This document shows positions 20,174 through 29,509 of a DNA stretch of 64,000 nt, in pieces; position 1 is the first letter of the stretch, and each line of letters opens with the position of its first letter. The notes under the pieces are model-generated. The model was not told where the DNA came from. It was given only the letters and a program-made list of their open reading frames with translations, and searched no databases. The DNA is from a virus, in IMG/VR virus record IMGVR_UViG_3300049002_000011, positions 6,995 to 70,994 of that record; one strand, given 5' to 3'. Made by a program: the position numbers and the translations under genes.

Positions 20174-20749
20174 TTAGATGTTCGCGGTCGCCAGGACCGG
20201 GCGAACGTAAGGACGTCGAGCATTGGGATCACGCAGGCGTTTCGTGTGAGCTGCGCAAAACTCTTTCAACGTGAGACTGCCACGCCGCGGAGTCGCTCGA
20301 CGCTGCATCTTTGTGCCGCGTTTCTTCCACGTCTTTTGGCGCATGGCGCGATTTGCCTTCACCTGCTGCAACACGGTGTCAGCGTTCTGTAAACGAGATT
20401 CACCGATCTCCGTGACTACGCGGCCGTCGAGAATGAATTCCTCATTGTCGCCAACCTGCTTCGCCAGTTTCTCGACCGATAGCGCGGCCTCGAGCTGGTG
20501 GGCGCCCACGCCGATCGGCAAGCCGCGCGAGTTGCGGCGATAAGAAACGATCAGGTTGTGCCGCATCTGTTTCGCGAATGAAGCCGCCATCGATGTCTGG
20601 TAGCTATCACCGCGAGCCTCGATCGACTGTGTTGACCGTTTCTCGCCAGCCTTCGTAACACGCGTGCGGCCGAAAATGGTGGTTACGAATTCGCGCAGGC
20701 GATCAGGAATGATGTTGAATTTGCGGGTGTTGTTCGAGTCGTTGGTCAC
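20174..20749 (-). CDS. basic hypothetical protein
   Basis: 191 aa co-oriented ORF. Confidence 0.5.
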   Translation of the reverse strand: MTNDSNNTRKFNIIPDRLREFVTTIFGRTRVTKAGEKRSTQSIEARGDSYQTSMAASFAKQMRHNLIVSYRRNSRGLPIGVGAHQLEAALSVEKLAKQVGDNEEFILDGRVVTEIGESRLQNADTVLQQVKANRAMRQKTWKKRGTKMQRRATPRRGSLTLKEFCAAHTKRLRDPNARRPYVRPVLATANI

Positions 20750-20756
20750 TTAGTCC

Positions 20757-21491
20757 TCACTTCTTAATGCAGACGCAGCCCGGCTTACACTTCTTTCCGT
20801 TGCCGATCAGCGTTGTGCATGGTCCAGGCGTTGGAGTTGGCGTCGCCGTTGGGGTCGGTGTTGGCGTTGGAGTTGAAACTGGGGTTGGAGTCGGAGTCGG
20901 AGTCGCTGTGGCGATCGGCGTAGGCGTTGGTGTCGGCGTGCTCGGCGTGGGAGTCGCGGTCGCTTCCGGAGTTGGAGATGGACTCGGATTCGTGCTCGGG
21001 TGAAAGTAGATTCGAATGGGCTCGGACGTGACACTGTTGCCCTCGGTGTCCGTCGCCGTTGTCGAGATGGGAACATAACACGGCGCGTTCGTGATGGGCC
21101 GCGGCAGTATGCAGAGTGGCGGAAACCAGCTATTCGGTCCAGCGTAGGTCAACAAACCTGAAACTGGTCCAGTGATTTCAGTCAACTTTATTTCAGGTGG
21201 CGCGTAACCATAGCCGTCTTGTGCGCCACGCACCAAGTAAGTCTCACCAGTCAGCCCAGGAAAGAGGAATCCGCCCTCATCATCGAGTTGTAGCGTGTAG
21301 AGGAGATTTTCCTGCGCGTCGAAAACGTTAACCAGTGACCACGCGAAAGGAAGGCCGTCATAGATACGAACCTGCCCGCGTACCTCGTAGTACATCGGCA
21401 TCTGGACAGAAACCGGCGGCACATAAGCAGAAGGCTCGAAGATTGAAAAGGAAAAGAGCGTGAGTAGCGCTAACAAAAGTAAGGTTCGCAT
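20757..21491 (-). CDS. secreted protein with beta-sandwich domain and Pro/Thr linker
   Basis: Signal peptide [20 protein letters not shown]...[11 protein letters not shown] carboxypeptidase-regulatory-like fold, (PT)n tract, Cys-rich end. Confidence 0.7.
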   Translation of the reverse strand: MRTLLLLALLTLFSFSIFEPSAYVPPVSVQMPMYYEVRGQVRIYDGLPFAWSLVNVFDAQENLLYTLQLDDEGGFLFPGLTGETYLVRGAQDGYGYAPPEIKLTEITGPVSGLLTYAGPNSWFPPLCILPRPITNAPCYVPISTTATDTEGNSVTSEPIRIYFHPSTNPSPSPTPEATATPTPSTPTPTPTPIATATPTPTPTPVSTPTPTPTPTATPTPTPGPCTTLIGNGKKCKPGCVCIKK

Positions 21492-21588
21492 TGGGAGTGG
21501 TCCTTTTCTTAGATGGTGGTTCTGAGTGCGAAGATGATCCACCAAAGGAGTCGATAACTAAAATAGAGAAGGCGATGCATGGTGCGTG

Positions 21589-21846
21589 TCACAAAACGAT
21601 CATCGCGATGATGAGCGCAACACCCAGTTTGAAAATGATCGAGCACTGGATCTTTGAAATAGGAAGTTTTTCCAGTAGTGCTTTGTGCTTCTCCAGGTTT
21701 GCGGCGTCAATCGCCAGATTTCGTTTTTGAGCTCCCTTTATGAGCCACGTCGTGAGACGTAGACAGACTTTTGCCAGCACGAGCATGAACAGCTCGAGCC
21801 CGGCGAACGCGAGCAAAACGATGATGACTGCGATAGCGAGTGTCAT
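21589..21846 (-). CDS. small membrane protein
   Basis: Two hydrophobic segments. Confidence 0.5.
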   Translation of the reverse strand: MTLAIAVIIVLLAFAGLELFMLVLAKVCLRLTTWLIKGAQKRNLAIDAANLEKHKALLEKLPISKIQCSIIFKLGVALIIAMIVL

Positions 21847-21877
21847 TGGGATGGTCCTTTCAGGAGTTGGTAAGAGT

Positions 21878-22108
21878 TCAGTTGACGGTAGGCGGTCGCG
21901 CTGGACCGTTTCGACGGTAGATGATTACGCCAGTGTAGCAACCAGTATTGCGGAACCGTTTAGTCCCGTCCTCAGGCTCGACTTCTTCGATGTGTGCGTC
22001 CTGAGAGAAACATTCCACCACTATCTCCCCCGCCTCGGCTTTTTCGATCAGGCGTCGCAGGCTCTGTATGATTCTTTCACTGTCGGCTGGGTAATGGATG
22101 ATGTTCAT
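21878..22108 (-). CDS. hypothetical protein
   Basis: 76 aa co-oriented ORF. Confidence 0.45.
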   Translation of the reverse strand: MNIIHYPADSERIIQSLRRLIEKAEAGEIVVECFSQDAHIEEVEPEDGTKRFRNTGCYTGVIIYRRNGPARPPTVN

Positions 22109-22133
22109 TGGTCCATCCTGTTCAAGTTGTCGT

Positions 22134-22940
22134 TTAGTTGCCGGCGAGATAGTCGGCGCAAATCAGCTCGAGACAGCGACCCTCTGTGAGTGATTGATCG
22201 GCGCAAACGTAACGGACTTTCTCGAATGCCTGGTTAATGATCTCGCGCATGTTGGGCGTGATGCCGTTTATGGCGAGGTCATTCCGCGCGCGGTCAGCGG
22301 CATCCGGAGGCGGCGGCTTTACTTCACGCGGTTTCTTCTCTTGTGCAGGCGGTGAGTTTGCATCGACGGTCGTGAGGGCTTCGTGCTCCTGGCCAGCAAG
22401 ATCTTCAGTGCTGTCGTCGAGGTGCGCAAAGATGCTGGTCGGTTCCGATTCGGCGAACACCCCGAAGTCTTCGTCGCTGAAAGGCGCAACGTTCTCATCA
22501 TCGGGCACCCACGATCGCAAATCGCGAAGATGCGCCGGCAATCGATTTTCATCCCACTGGCTGGTTAAGCCGGTTTGATTGTCACTGATGCCATAGGCGC
22601 GCAGCTCCATTCCGGTCATACCGGTGGTAACAACCCAAATGTATTCCCAGCCTTCGAGCTCTGCGGCTTCGTGCGTGCCGTTGCCTTTTGCGATTACGCC
22701 GTCGCGGTCGACGACGATCGGCGTGACCTGGCCACGGTCTGGACGACGCAGCGAAGCGCGCAGCCCGGTAATGTTTCGATCCGGGTGCAGGCGTGCGTTC
22801 TCCGGGTCGCGCCTAACCGCGTCGAGTCGAACGATCAACTTGCTCGGATCGTCGCTAGTTGCAGTGCCGTGGTATGGCGCAAAGATCGGCAGTGACAGCG
22901 CCGCGATGAATTCTTGCTTGGTGGGTTTTTCTTTCTTCAT
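22134..22940 (-). CDS. ParB/Srx-like N-terminal domain protein
   Basis: DPENARLH...GQVTPIVVD...IAKGNGTHEAA...AYGISDNQT. Confidence 0.8.
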   Translation of the reverse strand: MKKEKPTKQEFIAALSLPIFAPYHGTATSDDPSKLIVRLDAVRRDPENARLHPDRNITGLRASLRRPDRGQVTPIVVDRDGVIAKGNGTHEAAELEGWEYIWVVTTGMTGMELRAYGISDNQTGLTSQWDENRLPAHLRDLRSWVPDDENVAPFSDEDFGVFAESEPTSIFAHLDDSTEDLAGQEHEALTTVDANSPPAQEKKPREVKPPPPDAADRARNDLAINGITPNMREIINQAFEKVRYVCADQSLTEGRCLELICADYLAGN

Positions 22941-23061
22941 GCGCGTGGCGTCATATCTCCAAACAAAAAACCACCCTCGGCGCAGTGCTCTTCCAGCATT
23001 GCGACGAATTCGCGGTTTCGTTCGTCGACGCGTTTCTGTTGTTCGATCGGATCGTGGTCCA

Positions 23062-24216
23062 TTAGATAGCAGCGTTGATAACGCGATGCGCGAGCGCGCG
23101 ATCGGCGGCAGGTCCGGCGAATTGAAAGACAGCGCATGGTCGCTCGCCAAAACCGGCCATGCTCAGTTCTGACTTGTTGATCTCACCACGCGCGGCCGCA
23201 AGCTTCCGCTGAATGCCGGTGAAGTTTGTTTTCGGTAAGCCGGGTTTAGCTTCCAGTGACCAGGCCGCGGATTTGTCGAACGATCGGATCAATGCGGGGT
23301 GCGCCGGGTAAGTTCTCATGCGTTTCCCGAGCGCCTTATACATCGAGCCAAGCTTGTCAACGAGCACCATTGCCAGTCCCAGACCTTGCCAGTCCGGCAA
23401 CGTTACGAGACGCGAGCATTTAATGATGTCCTTCACGATTGGGTGTGGGAAATGCAACATGCCGGCGAATGCGGCGAGACGATCATCGACGAACAAACCG
23501 AAGCATTGCGCTGCGCGGTGCAGCTCTCCGGTCAAATAGTGAAACGGAGCGAATTGCTTCCACGTGGACCACGGGACGCGCTCGATGGTGATGTTGAGAG
23601 TTGGGCGGCGCCGAAGTGACCTCCTTGTGAACGACATGGTCACAGGCTCGAAGATCCAGTCGGGCTGTAACCACTCGATCACGTCGTAGTGGCAAGTGGC
23701 CGCTACGAATTGTCGGTTATCTTTGCGCACCCGCTTTTGAATTGCGTGCGCGCCTATCTGCGCTACTTGTCGATCGACGACTGAGGTGAATTCGTCGACG
23801 ACGATAATTCCCTGAGTCTCCAACACTCGCCGTGCCATCTCCACCCGGAAACGTTCACCGTTCGAGAGCACATGGTAAGGACGTAGCCAGGCGGGAATGG
23901 TGTTAAAGCCGACAGCCTGGCAGACGTCGGCGATCTGGTCCATTTTGAAACGCTGATCGAAATCATCAACGACTGATTTGCCCTGCCAGTCGAATTGCTT
24001 TTCATCACCGAACACCTTGCGAAGAATGGTCGACTTACCCGCGCCTGAAGGTCCGACAATCAAACCAACGTTCCATTGCAGGCCCTCGATCGGGAAATCA
24101 CCTTGCCATGACAGCGAAGTCTTTTCTTTCGCCGGCACGTCAAACATCGCTTCGAGCTGGCGAGCTCGAGGGGAACGCGAAACGTCGCTTTCAACTTGAA
24201 TTGAAACTTTAGGCAT
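23062..24216 (-). CDS. ABC-type ATPase fused to GNAT-like acetyltransferase
   Basis: GPSGAGKST, LSNGE signature, VVDEF, H-loop ATCH; C-terminal RLVTLPDWQGLGLA acetyl-CoA motif. Confidence 0.85.
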   Translation of the reverse strand: MPKVSIQVESDVSRSPRARQLEAMFDVPAKEKTSLSWQGDFPIEGLQWNVGLIVGPSGAGKSTILRKVFGDEKQFDWQGKSVVDDFDQRFKMDQIADVCQAVGFNTIPAWLRPYHVLSNGERFRVEMARRVLETQGIIVVDEFTSVVDRQVAQIGAHAIQKRVRKDNRQFVAATCHYDVIEWLQPDWIFEPVTMSFTRRSLRRRPTLNITIERVPWSTWKQFAPFHYLTGELHRAAQCFGLFVDDRLAAFAGMLHFPHPIVKDIIKCSRLVTLPDWQGLGLAMVLVDKLGSMYKALGKRMRTYPAHPALIRSFDKSAAWSLEAKPGLPKTNFTGIQRKLAAARGEINKSELSMAGFGERPCAVFQFAGPAADRALAHRVINAAI

Positions 24217-24402
24217 ACTTCTTTAGCAGTCGCTCGCGGGTTTCAGTGTTTCGCCGGTACAGCGCGAGACACCTTTTGCAAGTAGTTGTTTCAATGCTCG
24301 CCGTCGTGACGATCGATCCTCTTCGACCGCAGTAAGCACCGTCACGTAACAAAACGAGATGCACTGAGAGTTTCACGTCACGAGCAGCGTTCCTTAACAG
24401 CT

Positions 24403-25053
24403 TTAAGAAATCAGCGGTCGGCACGTGATCCCCTCCAGTTCGAATGCGGCAAGTAGTTCCGCCTGGTGGGCTTCGTCGCGACAATCGACGATGACGCGAT
24501 AGGTGAGTGCGCCTAACTGTGACGACGTGTCATTTTCTGCCCCGGTTGTTGTAGTTCCGGATGCGCTCGTCAAAGCTTCGGCGCTATTCCCGTCAAGCGC
24601 GGGATTGCTCATGTAATCGTCACTGGCTTGTGCGTACAACGCATCGAACTCGGTTTGGTCCAGGAACCCAGCGTCGAGTAAATCGGAACCTATGTCGGCA
24701 ACGACATCCGGATCCGGGTTGTAACCAGCGTGCGAGGTTAGATTATCGACGTGTGCAAGCATCTGTGTGCGGCGATCGTCGCTGTCCAGATCGGTGCGCT
24801 GCACAACTACCAGTTTCTTTCCATCGGACTTCACCACGATGATGTCGTCGGGATTCGCGACGTCGCGCCACGCGTCAGTGGTCGTGTGGCCACCGATCAA
24901 CTCACCGTTACGATCGACGACGACGCTGCGTCCGGCTTTCAGCACTCGCAGCGATGCCTTTGTCAGTTCGCGGCCGCGATCCGTTCCGCGGTTAGGATTT
25001 CGCTCACGTGCGCGAATGTCGTCGAGCGACTTGATGTCTTTCGTTTCGCTCAT
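24403..25053 (-). CDS. ParB/Srx-like domain protein
   Basis: RNPNRG...SVVVDRNGELIGGH...LAHVDN; C-terminal VIVDCRDEAHQAELL. Confidence 0.75.
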   Translation of the reverse strand: MSETKDIKSLDDIRARERNPNRGTDRGRELTKASLRVLKAGRSVVVDRNGELIGGHTTTDAWRDVANPDDIIVVKSDGKKLVVVQRTDLDSDDRRTQMLAHVDNLTSHAGYNPDPDVVADIGSDLLDAGFLDQTEFDALYAQASDDYMSNPALDGNSAEALTSASGTTTTGAENDTSSQLGALTYRVIVDCRDEAHQAELLAAFELEGITCRPLIS

Positions 25054-25310
25054 TGCGTATTCGATACTTGTTGCAGGCCAAAAGCCTCCAACGAACGTTT
25101 CAAGTGCTCTAAGCAGCTTCCGGCTTCATCAACTGGACCAGCGCAGACCACGCCGCGCATCGAGAGTAAGAACCCAAACGGAGCGCATCTGACTTCCAGC
25201 GCGCAGTCGTTGCAGACGTCTTTGGAACAATGCACACACCGGCGCACGTTGCCTTCTTTCGCGCAGGCATCACACACATGCACCTCAATAGTTTTTTGTC
25301 TGACGGCCAT
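25050..25310 (-). CDS. small zinc-finger protein
   Basis: CDAC...CVHC...CNDC. Confidence 0.55.
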   Translation of the reverse strand: MAVRQKTIEVHVCDACAKEGNVRRCVHCSKDVCNDCALEVRCAPFGFLLSMRGVVCAGPVDEAGSCLEHLKRSLEAFGLQQVSNTQ

Positions 25311-25314
25311 TTGC

Positions 25315-25779
25315 TTACTTGAGTTCCTCCGTGGCAGGTTCCTCGGGCTCGGTCGTGAAGCTAATGAGGCGCTTGCTCTTGTCACCGAAGGCAGTCACAT
25401 CGGTAATCGGATTCTGCTGCAAACAGTCCGGACACTTGCGCAGCACCGCAATGGCTTCGGGTAGCGCAGAGACATCACAGGTCGCTACTACTTCGAGCCA
25501 CGCCGTATTTACCTTCCCTACGCCGATGTCAATGACAATGTGTTTCACGAGATGGGAGATCTCGTTGCCTTTGTCGTCGAAGACTTGCGTGCTTTTACCG
25601 TGCTGAACTCCGGGCGCCGTGACAATACGCATCGATTTACCGAATTTGAGTGGCAGCGGTGCATGCCGAATGCGCGTCCGTACAATTTCGATAATGCGCA
25701 GGCCTTCAGGACCGTCGAGCTCACAACCCTGCAACATGTCGACGATACGATCGGCGTTACTCTTGTTTGTTTGGTCCAT
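25315..25779 (-). CDS. hypothetical protein
   Basis: 154 aa co-oriented ORF. Confidence 0.5.
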   Translation of the reverse strand: MDQTNKSNADRIVDMLQGCELDGPEGLRIIEIVRTRIRHAPLPLKFGKSMRIVTAPGVQHGKSTQVFDDKGNEISHLVKHIVIDIGVGKVNTAWLEVVATCDVSALPEAIAVLRKCPDCLQQNPITDVTAFGDKSKRLISFTTEPEEPATEELK

Positions 25780-25976
25780 CGTAGGTTATTCCTGCAGCAG
25801 CTTCGTAAGCGTCCAGCTCGCGTTCAAATATGTGAAGACATTGGGCTGAGAGTGTGCGGAACTCTTTTTTGGCGAGACGTTGCAAGCGTCGTTTTGTTTC
25901 CGCCGGCACGTACATAACCAATGCTGCGGCCGCGGCGGTCCCATTTAATCGGATTCTCACTGCGCGGTTTGGCCAT
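25757..25976 (-). CDS. Arc-like ribbon-helix-helix DNA-binding protein (apparent +1 frameshift near 25945)
   Basis: VMYVPAETKRRLQRLAKKEFRTLSAQC is RHH-like; the coupled ATG at 25976 (MAKPRSENP) is one base out of frame. Confidence 0.55.
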
Positions 25977-26185
25977 TAGCGTTTCTCGTATTCGTTACAG
26001 ACCTGGCAGCGATCAATTCCGAACACACCACACTGCTCATAATGGAAACGCAGACAAGCGGGCTGAGTCGCTTTCAGCCGGACGGCCGCAATCCAGATCG
26101 TGGCGGCCGTGAGACACACCAAAATCCAGACGAAGAGGATCCACGCCATGTGCTTCACCATGTTCCGTAGTTCCTTGTCTTTCAC
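25976..26185 (-). CDS. small membrane protein
   Basis: One TM segment then Cys-rich tail. Confidence 0.5.
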   Translation of the reverse strand: MKDKELRNMVKHMAWILFVWILVCLTAATIWIAAVRLKATQPACLRFHYEQCGVFGIDRCQVCNEYEKR

Positions 26186-26520
26186 TTCTGCGTTCCCTCG
26201 ATTAGAGAAGCCTCGATCAGTTCATTGGGCGCGATTCGGATTGGCATGTGAGCGCAGCCGGCATCGCGCCGTCTGAGGTAACGGTGTCGACCGTCGAGAA
26301 GTCTCATGTTTTGATCCGCGATACCCGGAATACCAGGATCGCAAAGCGCGTAGCGGAGCCCTGAGAAACCAGTGCTGGGCTTATTACTCACACCACTGAT
26401 GCGCTCAAGAGGCACATTTTCAACGGGCAACGCTGCAACGGCACTTTGTAGCTGTAGGACGTCAACCTTCCGCCCATCGGGAAGCGTGGTCGTGTGACGC
26501 TTTGCGCGGTTTGTCGTCAC
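26182..26520 (-). CDS. minimal ParB/Srx-like domain protein
   Basis: RLLDGRHR motif. Confidence 0.55.
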   Translation of the reverse strand: MTTNRAKRHTTTLPDGRKVDVLQLQSAVAALPVENVPLERISGVSNKPSTGFSGLRYALCDPGIPGIADQNMRLLDGRHRYLRRRDAGCAHMPIRIAPNELIEASLIEGTQK

Positions 26521-26810
26521 TTCTGCCTCGCTATCTCACGCAGCAGCTCGGGCAACATCTCCGTTTGACCCTTTCGAATCTCACGGACGTCATCACGAAT
26601 TTCATCCAGGCGTTTGTTGATGCGCTGCTCTGACTTTTCGATCGCGACCGGCGTTTCGTCCTGCTTCTTTTCGACCGTCGTGAGCCGTGACTCCTGATTC
26701 GCCTGCGCGCGCGTGACGGCCACGTAAGCGCTGACAGAAGACACCAACACGGCCAGCACTCCGGGGAGTATGGCCAGCGTCAATCTAAAAAGTTGCGGTC
26801 TGCGAATCAC
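26517..26810 (-). CDS. holin-like single-TM coiled-coil protein
   Basis: N-terminal TM then SRLTTVEK...RLDEIRDDVREIR; near lysis genes. Confidence 0.5.
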   Translation of the reverse strand: MIRRPQLFRLTLAILPGVLAVLVSSVSAYVAVTRAQANQESRLTTVEKKQDETPVAIEKSEQRINKRLDEIRDDVREIRKGQTEMLPELLREIARQK

Positions 26811-27009
26811 GGTTTTCCTAGGTATTTGAGGCGGTGAGAAAAAATGATGAAACGTTTTGGGGTTTTAAATCACTATAATATTTACCCTTTTGTAAAGTGC
26901 GGGGAGCCGCGGACGACCTTTGCCCCAGTGGTCGCTTTGAACGGCTCCCCTAAACGCGCCTGTCAGTTCCGCCATCCTCACCAGTGACGGAACCAACCAC
27001 GTAAGCGCG

Positions 27010-27480
27010 TCATCTCAAGAATTTCAACAGAGTTAACCCGGCATTGATGAGGCGCTCGATGAGTAGTTGCTTTTGAAGCGTTTTGATCTCGCCGTCTTTC
27101 TTTGCCATGGCCTCTTTCAACACCCGAATCTCTTCGTTTTTGTCGATGAGGGCTCGCTCGGTGCTTCTAACCTTCTCGCGCAGCTCGCCGATTTCGATAA
27201 GCGCCAGGCGGTAACTCTCGGTGAGTTTTTGGTCCGTCGCCTCCATGTCTTTGATCTGCTTATCCAAAGCAGTGACACGGTCCTTATAGGCGTTGAGCAA
27301 TTCCTGTTTTTGCTCAACTTCTTTCACCAGCCGATTGAGGACAGCATTGCGATCGACGGGAGTTTGCGGCGCGACGCTGTTAGCGGCAGGGAACTGGCGG
27401 GTCGAGTTTTGCGAGTCTTGCGCAAAGGTCGTCGTCGCTGATAGTGCGAGTATCAGGACCAGCACTCCGAGTCTTTTCAT
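27010..27480 (-). CDS. exported coiled-coil protein, spanin-like
   Basis: Signal peptide MKRLGVLVLILALSATTTFA, long coiled coil; overlaps upstream TM gene. Confidence 0.5.
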   Translation of the reverse strand: MKRLGVLVLILALSATTTFAQDSQNSTRQFPAANSVAPQTPVDRNAVLNRLVKEVEQKQELLNAYKDRVTALDKQIKDMEATDQKLTESYRLALIEIGELREKVRSTERALIDKNEEIRVLKEAMAKKDGEIKTLQKQLLIERLINAGLTLLKFLR

Positions 27481-27880
27481 TTTGTCCCTCGATCTGTCGA
27501 ATTTTCTGTGCCGTTTGCTCCGAGACGCGTTTGTCTTCACTCACCTGCTGCCGACTTTGCTGGACACCGGCATCGTTGACGTCGCGACGAACGGCCGCGT
27601 CGTTTGCATTGTCGCCATGCCGCGCCGCGTCCTGCAGGTTCTTGTTCGCGTTGCTCTCGATCTGGTTTACGGTCTGGGTAGTGTTGGCTGTGGCTCGATT
27701 CGTGCGCCACCGCTGTACGAAGTAGATCGACACGACAAGCGCGACGAATAGGACCACAGCCAACAAGATTTTGCCGCGTCGGTTGAGATGACACAGGCCG
27801 TCCCAGATCACTTGGAAAACTGTGCGTTGGTTGTTTATGTCTGGTGGCAGCAAAACTAAACCTCTCGGGCCTTGGTCCAT
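27380..27880 (-). CDS. inner-membrane spanin-like protein
   Basis: Single TM (ILLAVVLFVALVVSIYFV) followed by periplasmic coiled coil; directly after endolysin. Confidence 0.55.
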   Translation of the reverse strand: MDQGPRGLVLLPPDINNQRTVFQVIWDGLCHLNRRGKILLAVVLFVALVVSIYFVQRWRTNRATANTTQTVNQIESNANKNLQDAARHGDNANDAAVRRDVNDAGVQQSRQQVSEDKRVSEQTAQKIRQIEGQNEKTRSAGPDTRTISDDDLCARLAKLDPPVPCR

Positions 27881-28995
27881 TAGTCGGTAAGGAAATCGAC
27901 GGCGTGACGCGCAGCCCACTTTATCCAGTCGAGGATTTGCTTGTGATAAAGCACGACGGCAACAACCAGCACGAGCACTCCCAGAATTGTTCCAGAGATC
28001 GCGAGCGCGCTGCCGCCCTTTAATGCGGTGATGAGCAGAAGGATGGGACGCCATAACGCGGCAGCACCCCTTACACTCGCCACCTTTGCGGATTGTTTGA
28101 CGGACTCTTTTCGCAGCAATTTCTTGAAGTCGATGTCCGAACCCGCTCCTGGATCTGTGGTCGCCGGCGTTTGCGCTGGTTGCGCGTCGACCGACGTGGA
28201 CGTCGTGACACCCGCGGATATGGGACTCGACGCGTCCTGAACGGAATCCTGCGCGGGAATCGATGTTTTAGTGCGATTGTCAACAGGTTCGTCTACCGAT
28301 TTGTTGACAGGTTTGACGACCTCAACGGAGCCACGTGACGGAATTGCGCGGAGCGTGTTTTCGTAACGTGTCACACGATCGTCGAGTCCATTCAAACCAC
28401 CGTTGACGCCTTTGGTGAGCGCCTTCAAAACTTCAAACTCACGCGAATCTGATACGCCTCGTAGCTTATCCGCCACAGGATTCAATTGCTTTTCGTAAGT
28501 CCAGAACCACGCGGCCGCGCGGAATCCGTTCTCAGGCAGTTCGAGCAGCTCCGGATGTTCCTCGAGGGGAAGATTCAGCGCTAAACCCACTTTGCGATAC
28601 ATGTCTCGGCCGGTGATGCCGATCGGGCCTCGCGCAATGAACTTCCAACCGTCGCCAGGCATGAAGTTGCCGAGGTCTGAACGGTTGCCGTAGACGTGGT
28701 TTGCTAACGCGACGGGGTTGTGAGCGAGCTGGTTGGCGAGAGCGTCCGTCGGCACACGTTTCTTGAAGACCTTGCGAATTTGCTTCGCCGAGTAGTTCAT
28801 GTTCTCGCGCCAGTGAGTCAGGTCCATCGACTCGTGGCCGAGATGTGGGAGGTAAGCGCAAACGCGGATGCGCGTGTTAATGAAAGACTCGTCGAGCGAC
28901 GCTTGAATGAGGTCCAGCCAGGCGCGCGCTTTCGCGTCTGACAGACCTGGCATTGCGTTGCGCAACTGCGCGAGGGTGAGCTTAAAGGATTTCAT
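27880..28995 (-). CDS. endolysin, glycoside hydrolase family 19, with C-terminal hydrophobic helices
   Basis: HLGHES...RENMNYS, GDGWKFIARGPIGITGR..Y, AAAWFW, VNGGLNGLDDR. Confidence 0.9.
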   Translation of the reverse strand: MKSFKLTLAQLRNAMPGLSDAKARAWLDLIQASLDESFINTRIRVCAYLPHLGHESMDLTHWRENMNYSAKQIRKVFKKRVPTDALANQLAHNPVALANHVYGNRSDLGNFMPGDGWKFIARGPIGITGRDMYRKVGLALNLPLEEHPELLELPENGFRAAAWFWTYEKQLNPVADKLRGVSDSREFEVLKALTKGVNGGLNGLDDRVTRYENTLRAIPSRGSVEVVKPVNKSVDEPVDNRTKTSIPAQDSVQDASSPISAGVTTSTSVDAQPAQTPATTDPGAGSDIDFKKLLRKESVKQSAKVASVRGAAALWRPILLLITALKGGSALAISGTILGVLVLVVAVVLYHKQILDWIKWAARHAVDFLTD

Positions 28996-29186
28996 GCGGT
29001 GCTTCCCGGCAGGAGATCGATCGCTATCGGCGAGCACCAGCACCACTCATTTGAGTGGGGGCGCGTATCGGACGCTGTGACCTTGTGAATCACTTTCACC
29101 TTTTGAAACCATGCAAACGTCCGGCGACCGCCAGTCAATCGATTGATCAACGTGCGGTCGCGCAGACGATTAAGAAATTGAATCAT
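28992..29186 (-). CDS. small hypothetical protein
   Basis: 64 aa, H...CWCSP motif, stop overlaps endolysin start. Confidence 0.5.
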   Translation of the reverse strand: MIQFLNRLRDRTLINRLTGGRRTFAWFQKVKVIHKVTASDTRPHSNEWCWCSPIAIDLLPGSTA

Positions 29187-29509
29187 GGTGAATGAAAATG
29201 AATGAAAGTGAATAAGAAGCCGGTCACGCGCACAGCTCGAGTTCGACTGTTTGGTTGGCGTCGAGAGTGCCCCTGGACGGAGCGGCGGGAACCTCGTTCA
29301 CAGACTTTCGCCTGCTACAAAGTGTTTGGTGGTAAACGAGTGTGCGCGTGAATCTCAAAATCGAAAAGTTAATTGGAGAGCAAAAGAAAAAGCGCTGACT
29401 CCGGAAAGCGAATGATCCGGAATTTGCGCCTCGGTAGGTTCGGCCGCAACGTTTACGGCCCTACACGGCAAACATACCAACAAACAGCGTTGACACGCAA
29501 GAGATATCA

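Noticed and set aside
20825-21000. Tandem DNA repeat or contingency locus
   Set aside because: Degenerate codon repeats encoding a Pro/Thr linker
23062-24216. ABC transporter
   Set aside because: No permease or binding-protein genes; the ATPase is fused to a GNAT domain
25580-25635. APGVQHGKST as a terminase Walker A fragment
   Set aside because: Short match that is equally explained as part of a common small phage beta-domain (T.V.D..G.EI)
28953-28965. Additional TTGC-N5-GCAA palindrome
   Set aside because: Inside the endolysin coding sequence and lacking the CG flank; not counted as an operator
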